A stretch of DNA of 43,714 nucleotides from Escherichia phage NTNC80A, in the sequence record OP018999.1; one strand, 5' to 3'. The notes under the pieces were generated by a model. The model did not search any database. It was not told where the DNA came from and worked only from the letters and a program-made list of their open reading frames with translations. The translations under genes and the position numbers were made by a program. Of the stretch, positions 25,278 to 36,400 are shown piece after piece. Positions within the stretch are counted from its first letter, which is position 1. Each line of letters opens with the position of its first letter.

Positions 25278-26477
25278 ATGTCTACACCGAATACTCTGAC
25301 TAACGTTGCTGTATCTGCGTCCGGTGAGGTTGACAGCCTTCTCATTGAGAAGTTTAATGGTAAGGTCAATGAGCAGTACCTGAAAGGTGAGAACATTCTG
25401 TCTTACTTTGATGTACAAACTGTTACTGGCACTAACACAGTGAGCAACAAATATTTGGGCGAAACTGAGTTGCAGGTGCTAGCACCGGGTCAGTCTCCTA
25501 ATGCCACCCCTACTCAGGCGGATAAAAACCAGTTGGTAATTGATACCACTGTCATTGCTCGTAACACTGTGGCTCACATCCACGATGTACAAGGTGACAT
25601 CGATAGCCTGAAACCAAAACTGGCTATGAACCAAGCCAAGCAACTGAAACGTCTGGAAGACCAGATGGCAATTCAGCAGATGCTGTTAGGCGGTATTGCT
25701 AACACCAAGGCCAAACGTAACAAGCCGCGTGTTAAAGGGCATGGCTTCTCTATCAACGTTAACGTAACTGAGAGTGAAGCACTGGCTAACCCTCAGTATG
25801 TTATGGCTGCGGTAGAGTATGCTCTGGAGCAACAGCTTGAGCAGGAAGTGGACATCTCTGATGTAGCTATCATGATGCCGTGGAAGTTCTTCAATGCTCT
25901 GCGTGATGCAGACCGAATTGTAGATAAGACTTACACTATCAGCCAGTCTGGTGCAACCATTAATGGCTTCGTTCTCTCTTCTTATAACTGCCCTGTGATC
26001 CCGTCTAACCGATTCCCTACCTTCGCTCAGAATCAGGCTCACCACCTGTTGTCTAATGAAGACAATGGCTACCGCTATGACCCTATCGCAGAGATGAACG
26101 GTGCAGTTGCTGTGCTGTTTACTGCTGATGCATTGCTGGTAGGTCGTACCATTGACGTGACTGGTGACATCTTCTATGAGAAGAAAGAAAAGACCTACTA
26201 CATTGATACTTTCATGGCGGAAGGTGCAATCCCAGATCGTTGGGAAGCTGTGTCTGTAGTTACCACTAAACGTAATGCAACTACTGGTGCTGCTGACGGT
26301 GCTGGTGAGGATCACGCAACCGTACTGGCTCGTGCACAGCGTAAGGCTGTATATGTCAAGACAGCAGGTGCTGCCGCAGCAGCCGCTGCTAGCCTGCAAG
26401 CAGAAGACCTCGTAGCCGCTGTACGTGCTGTGATGGCTAATGACGTTAAGCCGACTGCACTGAAACCTACTGAGTAA
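25278..26477 (+). CDS. major capsid protein
   Basis: 399 aa with consensus promoter, strong SD (AAGGAGA) and terminator hairpin; position after scaffold. Confidence 0.92.
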   Translation: MSTPNTLTNVAVSASGEVDSLLIEKFNGKVNEQYLKGENILSYFDVQTVTGTNTVSNKYLGETELQVLAPGQSPNATPTQADKNQLVIDTTVIARNTVAHIHDVQGDIDSLKPKLAMNQAKQLKRLEDQMAIQQMLLGGIANTKAKRNKPRVKGHGFSINVNVTESEALANPQYVMAAVEYALEQQLEQEVDISDVAIMMPWKFFNALRDADRIVDKTYTISQSGATINGFVLSSYNCPVIPSNRFPTFAQNQAHHLLSNEDNGYRYDPIAEMNGAVAVLFTADALLVGRTIDVTGDIFYEKKEKTYYIDTFMAEGAIPDRWEAVSVVTTKRNATTGAADGAGEDHATVLARAQRKAVYVKTAGAAAAAAASLQAEDLVAAVRAVMANDVKPTALKPTE

Positions 26478-26486
26478 TAACCTATG

Positions 26487-26523
26487 CCCTATCTACCTTG
26501 CGTAGGTAGGGTTCTTTTGTTTA
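26487..26523 (+). terminator. phage-type terminator after the capsid gene
   Basis: ccctatctacc-ttgcg-taggtaggg hairpin then TTCTTTTGTTT; same position as T7 T-phi. Confidence 0.7.
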
Positions 26524-26532
26524 GGAGGATTC

Positions 26533-27273
26533 ATGCCTTTAATTCAAAATACAAGTGATGTTGGACGTATCATGGCGGAGGCTTCCTTCAATATCATTGA
26601 TAGCAAGCTGGAAGCAGTTAACCTGTGTATGCGAGCTATCGGTCGTGAGGGTGTGGATTCCCTTGACTCTGGCGACTTAGATGCGGAAGATGCCAATAAG
26701 ATTATTGATATTGTATCTCAGCGATTCCAATACAACAAAGGCGGCGGTTGGTGGTTTAACCGGGAACCTAATTGGTTATTGAAACCGGATACAAATGGAG
26801 AGGTTAATCTTCCCAATGATTGCCTAGCAGTGTTACAGTGCTATGCTTTGGGTGAACGTAAAGTACCTATGACTATGCGAGCAGGTAAGTTGTACTCTGT
26901 GTGGAATCACTCATTTGATATGACTAAGTACGTGAATCGTGATGGTCGTATCCGACTGACACTAGTAATGCTTCTACCCTTCGAGCACCTACCTGCAAGT
27001 GTGATGCAAGCAATTGCATACCAAGCTGCTGTAGAGTTTATTGTGTCTAAGGATGCAGATAAGACTAAACTCCAAGCGCATCAACAAATAGCAGCGCAGC
27101 TTATGATTGATGTACAATCTGAGCAATCCTCTCAGAAGAGACTCAACATGCTGGTGCACAACCCTACGCAGCGCAACTTTGGTATCATGGCAGGTGGCTC
27201 TCAGAATGTCCCGGCCTTCTCTCATTCACCTTATGATACTTATCCAATCAGACCATGGGAGGTTGATCGCTGA
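26533..27273 (+). CDS. tail tubular protein A
   Basis: Synteny after the capsid gene. Confidence 0.8.
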   Translation: MPLIQNTSDVGRIMAEASFNIIDSKLEAVNLCMRAIGREGVDSLDSGDLDAEDANKIIDIVSQRFQYNKGGGWWFNREPNWLLKPDTNGEVNLPNDCLAVLQCYALGERKVPMTMRAGKLYSVWNHSFDMTKYVNRDGRIRLTLVMLLPFEHLPASVMQAIAYQAAVEFIVSKDADKTKLQAHQQIAAQLMIDVQSEQSSQKRLNMLVHNPTQRNFGIMAGGSQNVPAFSHSPYDTYPIRPWEVDR

Positions 27274-29678
27274 TGGAAGTACAAGGTTCATTAGGTCGTC
27301 AGATTCAAGGTATCAGTCAACAACCAGCGGCTGTAAGATTAGATGGTCAATGCACTGATATGATCAATATGGTTCCTGATATAGTTAATGGCACACAGTC
27401 TCGCATGGGAAGCATACACATTGCTAGACTTCTTGATTCCGGTGATGAAAATATGGCAACACATCATTACCGCAGAGGTGACGGTGTAGAGGAATATTTC
27501 TTCATCATGAAGAAAGGTAGCGTGCCAGAAATATTTGACAAAGAAGGCCGTAAATGTACTGTGACCTCTCAGGATGCACCTATGGCTTATCTTGCTGAGG
27601 TTGTGAATCCGAGAGAAGATGTGCAGTTCATGACTATCGCTGATGTAACATTTATGCTTAACAGGCGTAAAGTGGTGAAAGCTCGTAGTGATAAGTCTCC
27701 AAAAGTGGGAAACAAGGCTATTGTGTTTTCTGCCTACGGACAGTATGGTACTTCGTACACCATAACTATTAACGGCGAGAAAGCGGCGACCTTCAAAACT
27801 CCAGATGGTGGTGAACCTAGTCATGTAGAACAGATTCGTACTGAGTACATAGCCACTAAGTTATATGAGAGTTTACAGACATGGAGTAAAGCGTCACAGT
27901 ACACCTTGCAAAGAGAAGGCACTAGTATCTACATTGAAACTAAAGATGGGAGTGATTTCACTATTACCACCACAGATGGGGCCAAAGGTAAGGATTTGGT
28001 TGCTATAAAAAACCGAGTATCATCTACAGACTTACTTCCCTCAAGAGCACCAGAAGGGTACAAGGTACAGGTGTGGCCTATAGGGAGTAAACCAGAATCC
28101 CGGTATTGGTTAGAGGCTGTACCTAAAGAGGGAGGTAACTTAGTTGCTTGGCAAGAAACTATTGCAGCAGATGTGTTACTTGGCTTTGATAAAGACACTA
28201 TGCCTTATATTATAGAGCGTACAGGTATTGTCGGAGGTGTGGCACAGTTTAAGATACGACATGGTGATTGGGAAGATCGTAAGGTAGGAGATGACCTGAC
28301 TAACCCTATGCCTTCTTTTATTGATGAAGACGTACCACAGGCGATTGGTGGTATGTTCATGATGCAGAACCGTCTTTGTGTTACAGCAGGCGAAGCCGTC
28401 ATAGCAACTAGGACTTCTCATTTCTTTGACTTCTTCCGCTTCTCCGCAGTGTCTGAGGTGGCAACAGACCCATTCGATATTTTCTCAGATGCAAGTGAGG
28501 TGTACCAGCTTAAACATGCAGTAACCCTAGATGGGGCAACGGTATTATTCTCAGACACATCTCAGTTCATACTTCCTGGGGATAAAGTATTAGAGAAATC
28601 TAATGTTATACTCAAGCCTGCTACAACTTTCGAAGTGGACAATAGGGTGCCACCTGTGGCAACTGGTGAGTCTGTAATGTTTGCTACAAGCGAGGGTGCT
28701 TACTCTGGTGTGCGTGAGTTTTATACCGACTCTTACAGCGACACTAAGAAAGCACAGGCTGTTACTAGTCATGTTAACAAGTTGATAGAAGGTAATATAA
28801 CTCATATGGTTGCTAGCACTAATATCAACAGGTTACTTGTGGTAACAGACAGGGATCCTAATATTGTCTATTGCTATGACTGGTTGTGGCAAGGGACAGA
28901 TCGTGTACAATCTGCATGGCATAAGTGGGTGTGGCCTAAAGATACTTTGATTCGCTCTATGTTCTATTCCTCAGAGCTATTGTATCTCCTTGTAGAACGG
29001 GGCAATACTGGTTTGTATCTAGAGGTGATGGATATGGGTGATGCTCTTACTTATGGTTTAGTTGACAGGATTAGACTGGATAGGCAAGCAGAGCTAATCT
29101 TCACCTATGATGCTAACAATGACCAATGGGTTTCTAATGAGTTACCTTGGAAGCCTACTGACCCAACCTTACTTGATTGTGTGATAATTCAAGGGTGGCC
29201 TGCTTATATTGGTGGTTCTTTTCATTTTGAATATGATGAAGCTAGTAATAAGCTGATTACAACTTTTGACTTATCAGAGGAAGGTACTAATGCTGTAGCT
29301 GTCGTAGGGCAGTTGTATCAGCAGGAGTTTGAGCCAACACAGGTCGTTATTCGAGATAACCAAGATAGAGTATCCTACATAGATGTGCCAGTGGTAGGCT
29401 TGGTTCATCTTAACTTGGATAAATACCCTGACTTTGAAGTTCATATCAAGAACTTAAAGAGTGGTAAACTAAGAAAGGCTTTGGCATCTAACAGGAAAGG
29501 TGGGGCACTTAATAATATTGTTGGTTATGTCAAGCCAGAAGAGGGGTCATTCAAATTTCCACTAAGATCCCTCAGTACAGATACTGTTTATCGTATCATT
29601 GTTAACTCCCCTCATACATTCCAACTCAGGGATATTGAGTGGGAAGGTTCGTATAACCCAACTAAGAGGAGGGTATAA
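27273..29678 (+). CDS. tail tubular protein B
   Basis: 801 aa, synteny and size like T7 gp12. Confidence 0.88.
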   Translation: MEVQGSLGRQIQGISQQPAAVRLDGQCTDMINMVPDIVNGTQSRMGSIHIARLLDSGDENMATHHYRRGDGVEEYFFIMKKGSVPEIFDKEGRKCTVTSQDAPMAYLAEVVNPREDVQFMTIADVTFMLNRRKVVKARSDKSPKVGNKAIVFSAYGQYGTSYTITINGEKAATFKTPDGGEPSHVEQIRTEYIATKLYESLQTWSKASQYTLQREGTSIYIETKDGSDFTITTTDGAKGKDLVAIKNRVSSTDLLPSRAPEGYKVQVWPIGSKPESRYWLEAVPKEGGNLVAWQETIAADVLLGFDKDTMPYIIERTGIVGGVAQFKIRHGDWEDRKVGDDLTNPMPSFIDEDVPQAIGGMFMMQNRLCVTAGEAVIATRTSHFFDFFRFSAVSEVATDPFDIFSDASEVYQLKHAVTLDGATVLFSDTSQFILPGDKVLEKSNVILKPATTFEVDNRVPPVATGESVMFATSEGAYSGVREFYTDSYSDTKKAQAVTSHVNKLIEGNITHMVASTNINRLLVVTDRDPNIVYCYDWLWQGTDRVQSAWHKWVWPKDTLIRSMFYSSELLYLLVERGNTGLYLEVMDMGDALTYGLVDRIRLDRQAELIFTYDANNDQWVSNELPWKPTDPTLLDCVIIQGWPAYIGGSFHFEYDEASNKLITTFDLSEEGTNAVAVVGQLYQQEFEPTQVVIRDNQDRVSYIDVPVVGLVHLNLDKYPDFEVHIKNLKSGKLRKALASNRKGGALNNIVGYVKPEEGSFKFPLRSLSTDTVYRIIVNSPHTFQLRDIEWEGSYNPTKRRV

Positions 29679-30415
29679 TGGCGATAATGGCGACAGTAGG
29701 GTCAAGCCTAGCCAGCATGTTCTCCAGTAGTGCAGGTGCTGCTGCGGCTAGTAGCGCGGCAGCTAGCACGGCTGGCAGTGCCGCCGCTGGGAGTAGTGGT
29801 GTGCTTGGCTCTATTGGTAGTTTCTTAGGGGGAAGTTCTGCTGGGTTTTCTAATGCAGGTCTGCTATCTGCTGGTCTTCAAGGTTTGAATATGCTAGGTG
29901 GTCTGTTCGGAGGACAAGATACAGCCAAGGCTATGAAGAAGGCACAGGAAGAGGAGTGGAGGCAAAGGTTAGAAGCCACACGTGAGGCTTACTCCTCTGT
30001 AGCAGATGCAGAAAGGTTTGCTGCAAAGCAGTATCATTCTGACTTCCTTAATAATCAAATTTCACTGATGCAGCAGCGCGCGCAAGTCGCAGTAATGGCA
30101 GGAGCTACTGGAACAGGTGGCAGTTCCATCACATCCATGCTAAATGATTTGACGGCAGAGGGTGGTCGCAATCAGTCAACCATTATAGATAATTATGAGA
30201 ATCAGCAAATCAACTTTGCCAATCAGTTGAAGTCTATTCAACGAGGTGGTCAGATGCAGATGCGAACGTTTGACAAGCCCTCGGCTTTGGGTACTTTGGT
30301 TAAAGATCTTCCAAGTATTGCATCGGCATACGTCACTGGTAGTAAATCAGGCATGGCACTTGGCAAGGCTATCACTGAATCTCGTACTTATTCATCTGGA
30401 ACTAGAGGAGTCTAA
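29678..30415 (+). CDS. internal virion protein (small)
   Basis: Gly/Ala/Ser-rich N-terminus; first of three ejection-protein genes. Confidence 0.75.
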   Translation: MAIMATVGSSLASMFSSSAGAAAASSAAASTAGSAAAGSSGVLGSIGSFLGGSSAGFSNAGLLSAGLQGLNMLGGLFGGQDTAKAMKKAQEEEWRQRLEATREAYSSVADAERFAAKQYHSDFLNNQISLMQQRAQVAVMAGATGTGGSSITSMLNDLTAEGGRNQSTIIDNYENQQINFANQLKSIQRGGQMQMRTFDKPSALGTLVKDLPSIASAYVTGSKSGMALGKAITESRTYSSGTRGV

Positions 30416-33358
30416 ATGGCAATTGAACGTCAAGCTGTACAAGGTCTTGAAAAGGTGCAGCCGAGAGTTGCGCCAACACCTATGTCTTTCACACCACGAC
30501 AAGTGAGCATCTCTGGTGGTACAGATGCCTCCGGTAGTAGGTTCTTGGAAGACCTAGTAAATGCTGCAAGTAGCGTGGCTGATGTCACCACTGCTATCCT
30601 TAATCAGCAAGTAGAAGATGATAAGGTTCGCCAGATGGACAGGGCGCTGTCTGGCATGATGCCTTCGGAGGATGCAACGGTAGGTGGTGCTCGTGCTCAC
30701 ATGCTGGTTAGTTTACAAAATGATGTAATCGCACAGACAACTGCGCTACAGGCAGAAGCACAGCGGTTTCAAGGGAGTGACGAAGATTGGGAGAACTATG
30801 TAGTTCAATCACGTAACGATGTGCAGAATAGGCTGTGGCAAAGTTACCCAGAACTTCGTGGTGACAAAGATTCTATGAGGCTTGTCACTAACGCGTTCAT
30901 GGAGCAGCAACCTAGAATTACTGCCACGAGAGCAGAGGCTAAACTTCGTCAAGAAGAAGAAGCGCGAATGCAATCTATGCAGTCTCGTATTATCATGGCT
31001 ACACGGGATGTAGCACCTGATGCCACTGGTGCAGCACTCATTCAGCTACAGAAAGAAGCACTGGCGATGGGTCTTAGTAAACCTGAGTTTGATCAAATGG
31101 TTGCTAAGATTGCATCTGATAGGGCGGCAGTAGGCGATGATAGTCTTATTCAGGGAACCAAAGCACTGGTGGACGATAAAGGTGTCTCTTTGTACGACCG
31201 TGTTGGTGCTTTGCAAACTGGAGAGATTCAAGCTAACAGAGCTTGGGCTGCACAGAATCAGGTCGCCCTCTTCGAGAAGAAGGATGCAGCTATAAAGGCA
31301 TTCGATGCAGGACAACTTACTCGTGAAGAGTTACTTCAGGTGATGCAGAATCACAATGAACTAACTGGTGGCACTGCTTGGTCAGATAGCGAGATTAAGG
31401 TTATCTTCGATAGACAAGCTAAGTCTAATGCAGAGAAAGCAAAGCTCGAAGATCTCATTGCACGAGGTGAATCTGGGTCGCCTTTAGGTTTACAGGACAT
31501 CAGTAAGGATGACAGAAAAACATATGCTGAAGCCTTAGTTAGTACCTACACTAAGTTGGCAGAAGATGAAATTGCCCGTACTGGTGCAACTGGAGAACAG
31601 GCTGAAGCTATTCGCGGTAGGTATGAGCAGATGCGTTATCTTAAGCTAGGGCAGCAACTTATTGAAGACCCAATCATTAAGGAAAGATATTCGTCGCTTA
31701 TGCAATTATCCTCTGCCAACCTTAAAGAGATGAATGTTGAGCCTGAAGCATTACAGACCATCATGCGAGCGCGGGACTCTATTCCAGAGGATGCACGTCG
31801 TGCTGTCATGGGAGACAAAGAGTATGCCTTTGTAGAGAACTACGATCTAGCAACTCGCATGGGGTATAACGCAGGTCAAGCTATTGAGTTTGCACAGAAT
31901 GCCTCTCGTGGAGAGAAGCTACAAGGTTCTGTACTTAAAGAACTGAATGATGATGTAGATGGAGTTGTAAGTGATGTGGCAGGAGGTAGTTGGCTTACTC
32001 GTGGCGATAATATGAGTGAGATGGGTCGTGACATTATGATGGAGGAGGCAAGTACAATTGCGAGAGCAATGAAGGTTGCAGGTCATAATAATGATACGAT
32101 TAAACGCCATCTTAAATCATATTTGACTAGCCAGTATACACAACTATCAGAGGGTTTCTTTACTCAAGGTGTTCTGGTGAAAGGTGATGTACGAACATTA
32201 GGTGACACTATAGGAGTAAACCAGAATGACCTTCCTATGGCGCTACGTCAATATATGGATAACAACAAGCAAGCACTTCTTGATGCATCAGGTGGCTTAG
32301 AAGGGGGTGATTTGTATTTTGATGTAGACGCGCAGCGTGGACTCTTTACCATACGTGCAGGCTCTGGTCGTGTACCTGTTACGCAGGCAATGCCTTTGTC
32401 TGAAATCAAAGGTCAGTCCTTGCTTAAGCAAAGATATGATGCAGAGGTTAAAGCCCGTGATGAGGGGCGTAAGAATTTTGAAGCACAGCAAATGAGGATG
32501 TGGGGTGCAGGTGGCTACCAAGCACAACCGCCTGCAAAGACTACAGCCAAAACTGTAGGCTCCCGTGGTATTGCTGACTTCTTAATGTCACCTGCCTTTG
32601 CATCCGGTGAGAACCTACCAGCAAACTTTGAGTTTGGGTATAAGAGGAATAATATGGACTTCTACAATTATGTAGCCAAGGCTGAGAATAGTGCCAATGT
32701 GGGCTTTGATAGAGTAGCTGGTGTTTATACACCCTACAAAGATGCACATGGTCAGTCTGTTGGGTATGGACACTTCCTTACTGCTGAAGAGAAGAAGAAC
32801 GGGTATATTATGATTGGCACAGATAAAGTGCCATTTACTCCGGGACAATCTCAACTAACACCAGAAAGAGCTATGCTCCTTCTACAGCAAGACTTGAAGA
32901 GCCATGTGCCAAGCACTTCAGGGTGGGCTGTTCCCTTCGAAGAGATGCACCCAGGTGTTCAGCGTGGCCTTATGGATTTGTCATATAATCTAGGCAAAGG
33001 CGGTATCCAGAATGCACCGAAGGCATATGCTGCGTTTAAGGCTGGCAAGTTCACTGATGGGTTTATTGAGATGCTATCTACTGCATCTACTGAAGGTAAA
33101 CGTAGCACTGGCTTGTTGGTTCGTAGGGCAGAAGCCTATAACCTTGCACAGAGTGGAGGTGCTGTCCCTAAGATCAGTGAAGTAGAGACACGAGCAGATG
33201 GTTCCATGTATGTGAAGTTTGCAGGACAAATGTCAGAGGCTTTCGTAAGTAAATCAATCTACAATCAGATTGGTAAGGATGGGTGGATGCAAGTGTATCC
33301 TCCAAAGCAAGGTGCGCTTGCACCTAACACTCAGATTGGTAGAATCAAACTAAGCTAG
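30416..33358 (+). CDS. internal virion (ejection) protein with C-terminal lysozyme-like domain
   Basis: 980 aa; C-terminal YKDAHGQSVGYGHFL resembles the T4 lysozyme YKDTEGYYTIGIGHLL region. Confidence 0.85.
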   Translation: MAIERQAVQGLEKVQPRVAPTPMSFTPRQVSISGGTDASGSRFLEDLVNAASSVADVTTAILNQQVEDDKVRQMDRALSGMMPSEDATVGGARAHMLVSLQNDVIAQTTALQAEAQRFQGSDEDWENYVVQSRNDVQNRLWQSYPELRGDKDSMRLVTNAFMEQQPRITATRAEAKLRQEEEARMQSMQSRIIMATRDVAPDATGAALIQLQKEALAMGLSKPEFDQMVAKIASDRAAVGDDSLIQGTKALVDDKGVSLYDRVGALQTGEIQANRAWAAQNQVALFEKKDAAIKAFDAGQLTREELLQVMQNHNELTGGTAWSDSEIKVIFDRQAKSNAEKAKLEDLIARGESGSPLGLQDISKDDRKTYAEALVSTYTKLAEDEIARTGATGEQAEAIRGRYEQMRYLKLGQQLIEDPIIKERYSSLMQLSSANLKEMNVEPEALQTIMRARDSIPEDARRAVMGDKEYAFVENYDLATRMGYNAGQAIEFAQNASRGEKLQGSVLKELNDDVDGVVSDVAGGSWLTRGDNMSEMGRDIMMEEASTIARAMKVAGHNNDTIKRHLKSYLTSQYTQLSEGFFTQGVLVKGDVRTLGDTIGVNQNDLPMALRQYMDNNKQALLDASGGLEGGDLYFDVDAQRGLFTIRAGSGRVPVTQAMPLSEIKGQSLLKQRYDAEVKARDEGRKNFEAQQMRMWGAGGYQAQPPAKTTAKTVGSRGIADFLMSPAFASGENLPANFEFGYKRNNMDFYNYVAKAENSANVGFDRVAGVYTPYKDAHGQSVGYGHFLTAEEKKNGYIMIGTDKVPFTPGQSQLTPERAMLLLQQDLKSHVPSTSGWAVPFEEMHPGVQRGLMDLSYNLGKGGIQNAPKAYAAFKAGKFTDGFIEMLSTASTEGKRSTGLLVRRAEAYNLAQSGGAVPKISEVETRADGSMYVKFAGQMSEAFVSKSIYNQIGKDGWMQVYPPKQGALAPNTQIGRIKLS
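32195..32218 (+). promoter_or_regulatory. promoter-like sequence inside the internal virion protein gene
   Basis: cattaggtgacactataggag: 16/18 match to the SP6-type core. Confidence 0.4.
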
Positions 33359-33375
33359 TGGTATACTCAAGGTTT

Positions 33376-33391
33376 GTCTCACATGTGAGAC
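33376..33391. repeat. 16-bp perfect palindrome (18 bp with flanks)
   Basis: tGTCTCACATGTGAGACa between two internal virion protein genes. Confidence 0.8.
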
Positions 33392-33425
33392 ATGCCTTCA
33401 TGAATGACACTAACTAGGAGGTAAC

Positions 33426-36400
33426 ATGGTTGATGGTATTAACCAAAACTGGGTGGCGGTGACTCAACGCAAGTTACCGCCTACCTTCTCTCAAGTTGCT
33501 GAAGCCGAACGTAAGGCTGAAGCCCAGAGAGTTAATGATAAAGTATTTCAAACAGCAATAGAAAGTGAGTGGGCTTTGTATGGCGGACAACGTGCCTATG
33601 AACGCCACACTACAGAGTTTGCTGAACAAGAAGGCTATGAAGTACCTGAATCAACTAAGGATGAACTATCCAAGTTGTATGGGTATGAAATAGCACAAGA
33701 CATAGTTAAGAATGTAAAGTCTCCAGAAGAGTTGCAATTCCGTATGTCTAATGCTGCTGCTGATAAAGACAGAGCAGACATCTTGGCACGTAATGGTTTC
33801 ACGGGTTTCAGCGCGCAAATTGCTGCTGGCATCCTTGACCCTGTAGGTTGGGCTGCATCCTTAGTGGCTGCACCTGTAGCGGGTGCTGTCAAAGTAGGTC
33901 GGCTAGGTAGGATTATCAAGACGGCTGCCTTATCGGGTGCTGAAAATGCTGCATTAGAAGCTATACTTGCACAAGGTGATTACCAGCGAGGGGTTGATGA
34001 TGTACTAGCTGCTGCTGGATTTGGTATGATTATGGGCGGCACTATTGGCGCTGCAACCAGAGAACGCATAGCCAGTGCTGGTTCTCGTACAGCAGCAGAA
34101 CGAGCAGATACTGTAATTGATGATTTGGATACTGTAGTAAAAGGTGCTGATGAATTTGACTTGTCTGCGGCTCGTGCTGTACGTGAGGCCATGGAATATG
34201 ACGCGTATATGGCAGCCCGTAATTACGAACCACTTCGTGCTAGAGAGGTAGATGCAGACATGGCGATCTTATCTCACACAGACAACTTGAAAGCCAATGC
34301 ATCGGTAAGGATGAGTGCTAGTGAGAAAGGACAACTGAAGAAGCAGATACGTCAGCTTGAAGCAGAAGCAGCAACACTTAAAGGGAAGAAAATAGATACT
34401 GTAGCAGAAGCTGCGGCTGCTAAGGGTGCGCCTAAATCTGCTGCTGACAGATTGGATTTGGACGTTCAGAAGAAGGCATTAGCACGTAGATTCGATGAAC
34501 CACTGGCAGACTTGCAAGCTCGACTTGATGAGTTGAATGCTAAGTTGTCTCGTGTAAACAATGTAGGCAAAGCCAAGGAGGAGCTTAAGAGATTCTCATC
34601 GCTATCTCGTGAAGAGCAAATAAAGGAGCTAGGATTAGATGCACCAGTGCGCAGGGTGGAGATGACCCGTGCTGTGCGCGATGCAGTTGAAGCAATCCGT
34701 GCCGAGCGTAAGAAAACGCCTACCGAAGTACATGCTGAACAAGTTGCAGAAGATGCAATTAAGCAACGGGCGGATGACTCTGTTGGTGCTAAACGTGTTG
34801 AAGGCTCAGAGATTGCAGGTGAACAGTTTGACCTATCTAAAAACATGGAAGAACTTATGGATGACTTGGCACGAGAAGCATATCAGTCAGAGGTGCGGCC
34901 TATTAATCTTAAAGGTTTGGGTTCAGTGTCCTCTGTGATTCTTAACTCAGAAAACCCTGTGTTCCGAGGTCTAGGTCTTCGTCTGCTTGAAAATGCTCAA
35001 GGTGGTGCATACCAAGGTAAGACAGCTTCTATCTTATCAGATGTGTATGGCAACCTTATTCGTCATGCAGAACGCAATAGGTACAATGATGGCTTCTCCC
35101 AATTCATCAAAGACAATAACCTACGTGCTGTAGACTACCTTAACCCTGCAACGACACGTGATTTCAATAATCAGATTTATACAGCAATTGTTCGTGGCAT
35201 ACCAGAAGACACACCTCGTGGTGTTAAACTGGCAGCCGAAGGTATCGCAGATAAACTCAAGAAGGCACTGGAGATTCGTAAGCAAGCAGGAGAGCGAGGC
35301 TTCGAGGATGTGCAATCTGCTAAAGATTATATTCCAGTTATCTATGATGGTATCAAAGTAACGGAGGCAGTTAACAAGTTAGGAAGTAGTGAGGCTGTCA
35401 TTCACCTGCTATCTAAGGGGTATCAGACAGGTAAATACAAACTAGGTAAGAAGGCTGCTGATGCTCTGGCTAAAGTCCAGTACATTCGCGCATCTGATTC
35501 CACTCTCTCCAGCCGTGTTGCATTCGATAGAGTGGTATCCCAGCAGCAGCAGGCTCAATTGATTGAGGATCTGAAGAAAGCAGGCGTACCAGACCATATC
35601 ATTGATAATTTCATTGAAGGTACGGAATTAGCAGAAATGGCTGAATCAGTATCCAATCGAGCTAAAGCTAGTATGGGTATTAATACGCAAGCCGAATACG
35701 GTGGCTTGAAGGTGCAGGATTTGCTTAATACCAACGTAGGAGAGTTAGCGGAGAACTACGGCAAAGAGGCGGCAGGCGGTGCTGCACTAGCTGCCATGGG
35801 TTTCCCTACTCGCCAGTCTGTGCTGAACGCAATAGATGCCGCAGAACGCGCAGGCCGCAATATGGCGGGGTCAAATGCTAAGGCAATCAAACAACTTAGG
35901 TCTGAGGCAGAAATGCTCAGAGATGCCGTTAAGCTCATTTATGGCAACACTATTGACGCCGACCCTAACTCTGGGATTGTCAGGGGCACTCGACGTGTCC
36001 GTGAGATTACAGGCTTGTTACGATTAGGCCAAATGGGTTTCGCTCAGATACCGGAACTGGCACGTGCAATCTCTAAGATGGGATTAGGAACTGTGCTGAA
36101 GTCCACACCCGCCACGAAGTTCTTACGTTCAAGGGCGGCTCGTAAGGGAGGCACAGCTCAAGGTGAATTACTTGAACCCGAACTGCGAGAAATGGAGGAA
36201 CTCTTAGGCTATATCGGGGAAGATAACTGGCTTACAGGGTGGAACGTCCGTCATGATGAGTTCGGAGAAACTGCTGATAACCTAGGTAAGTTGTCCGCTA
36301 TTATTGATAATGGCTTGGCTATGGGTAGTCGAATCAACACAATTCTCTCTGGTTTTAAAGCAGTACAAGGTGGTTCAGAGAAAATTGTAGCTCGCTCTAT

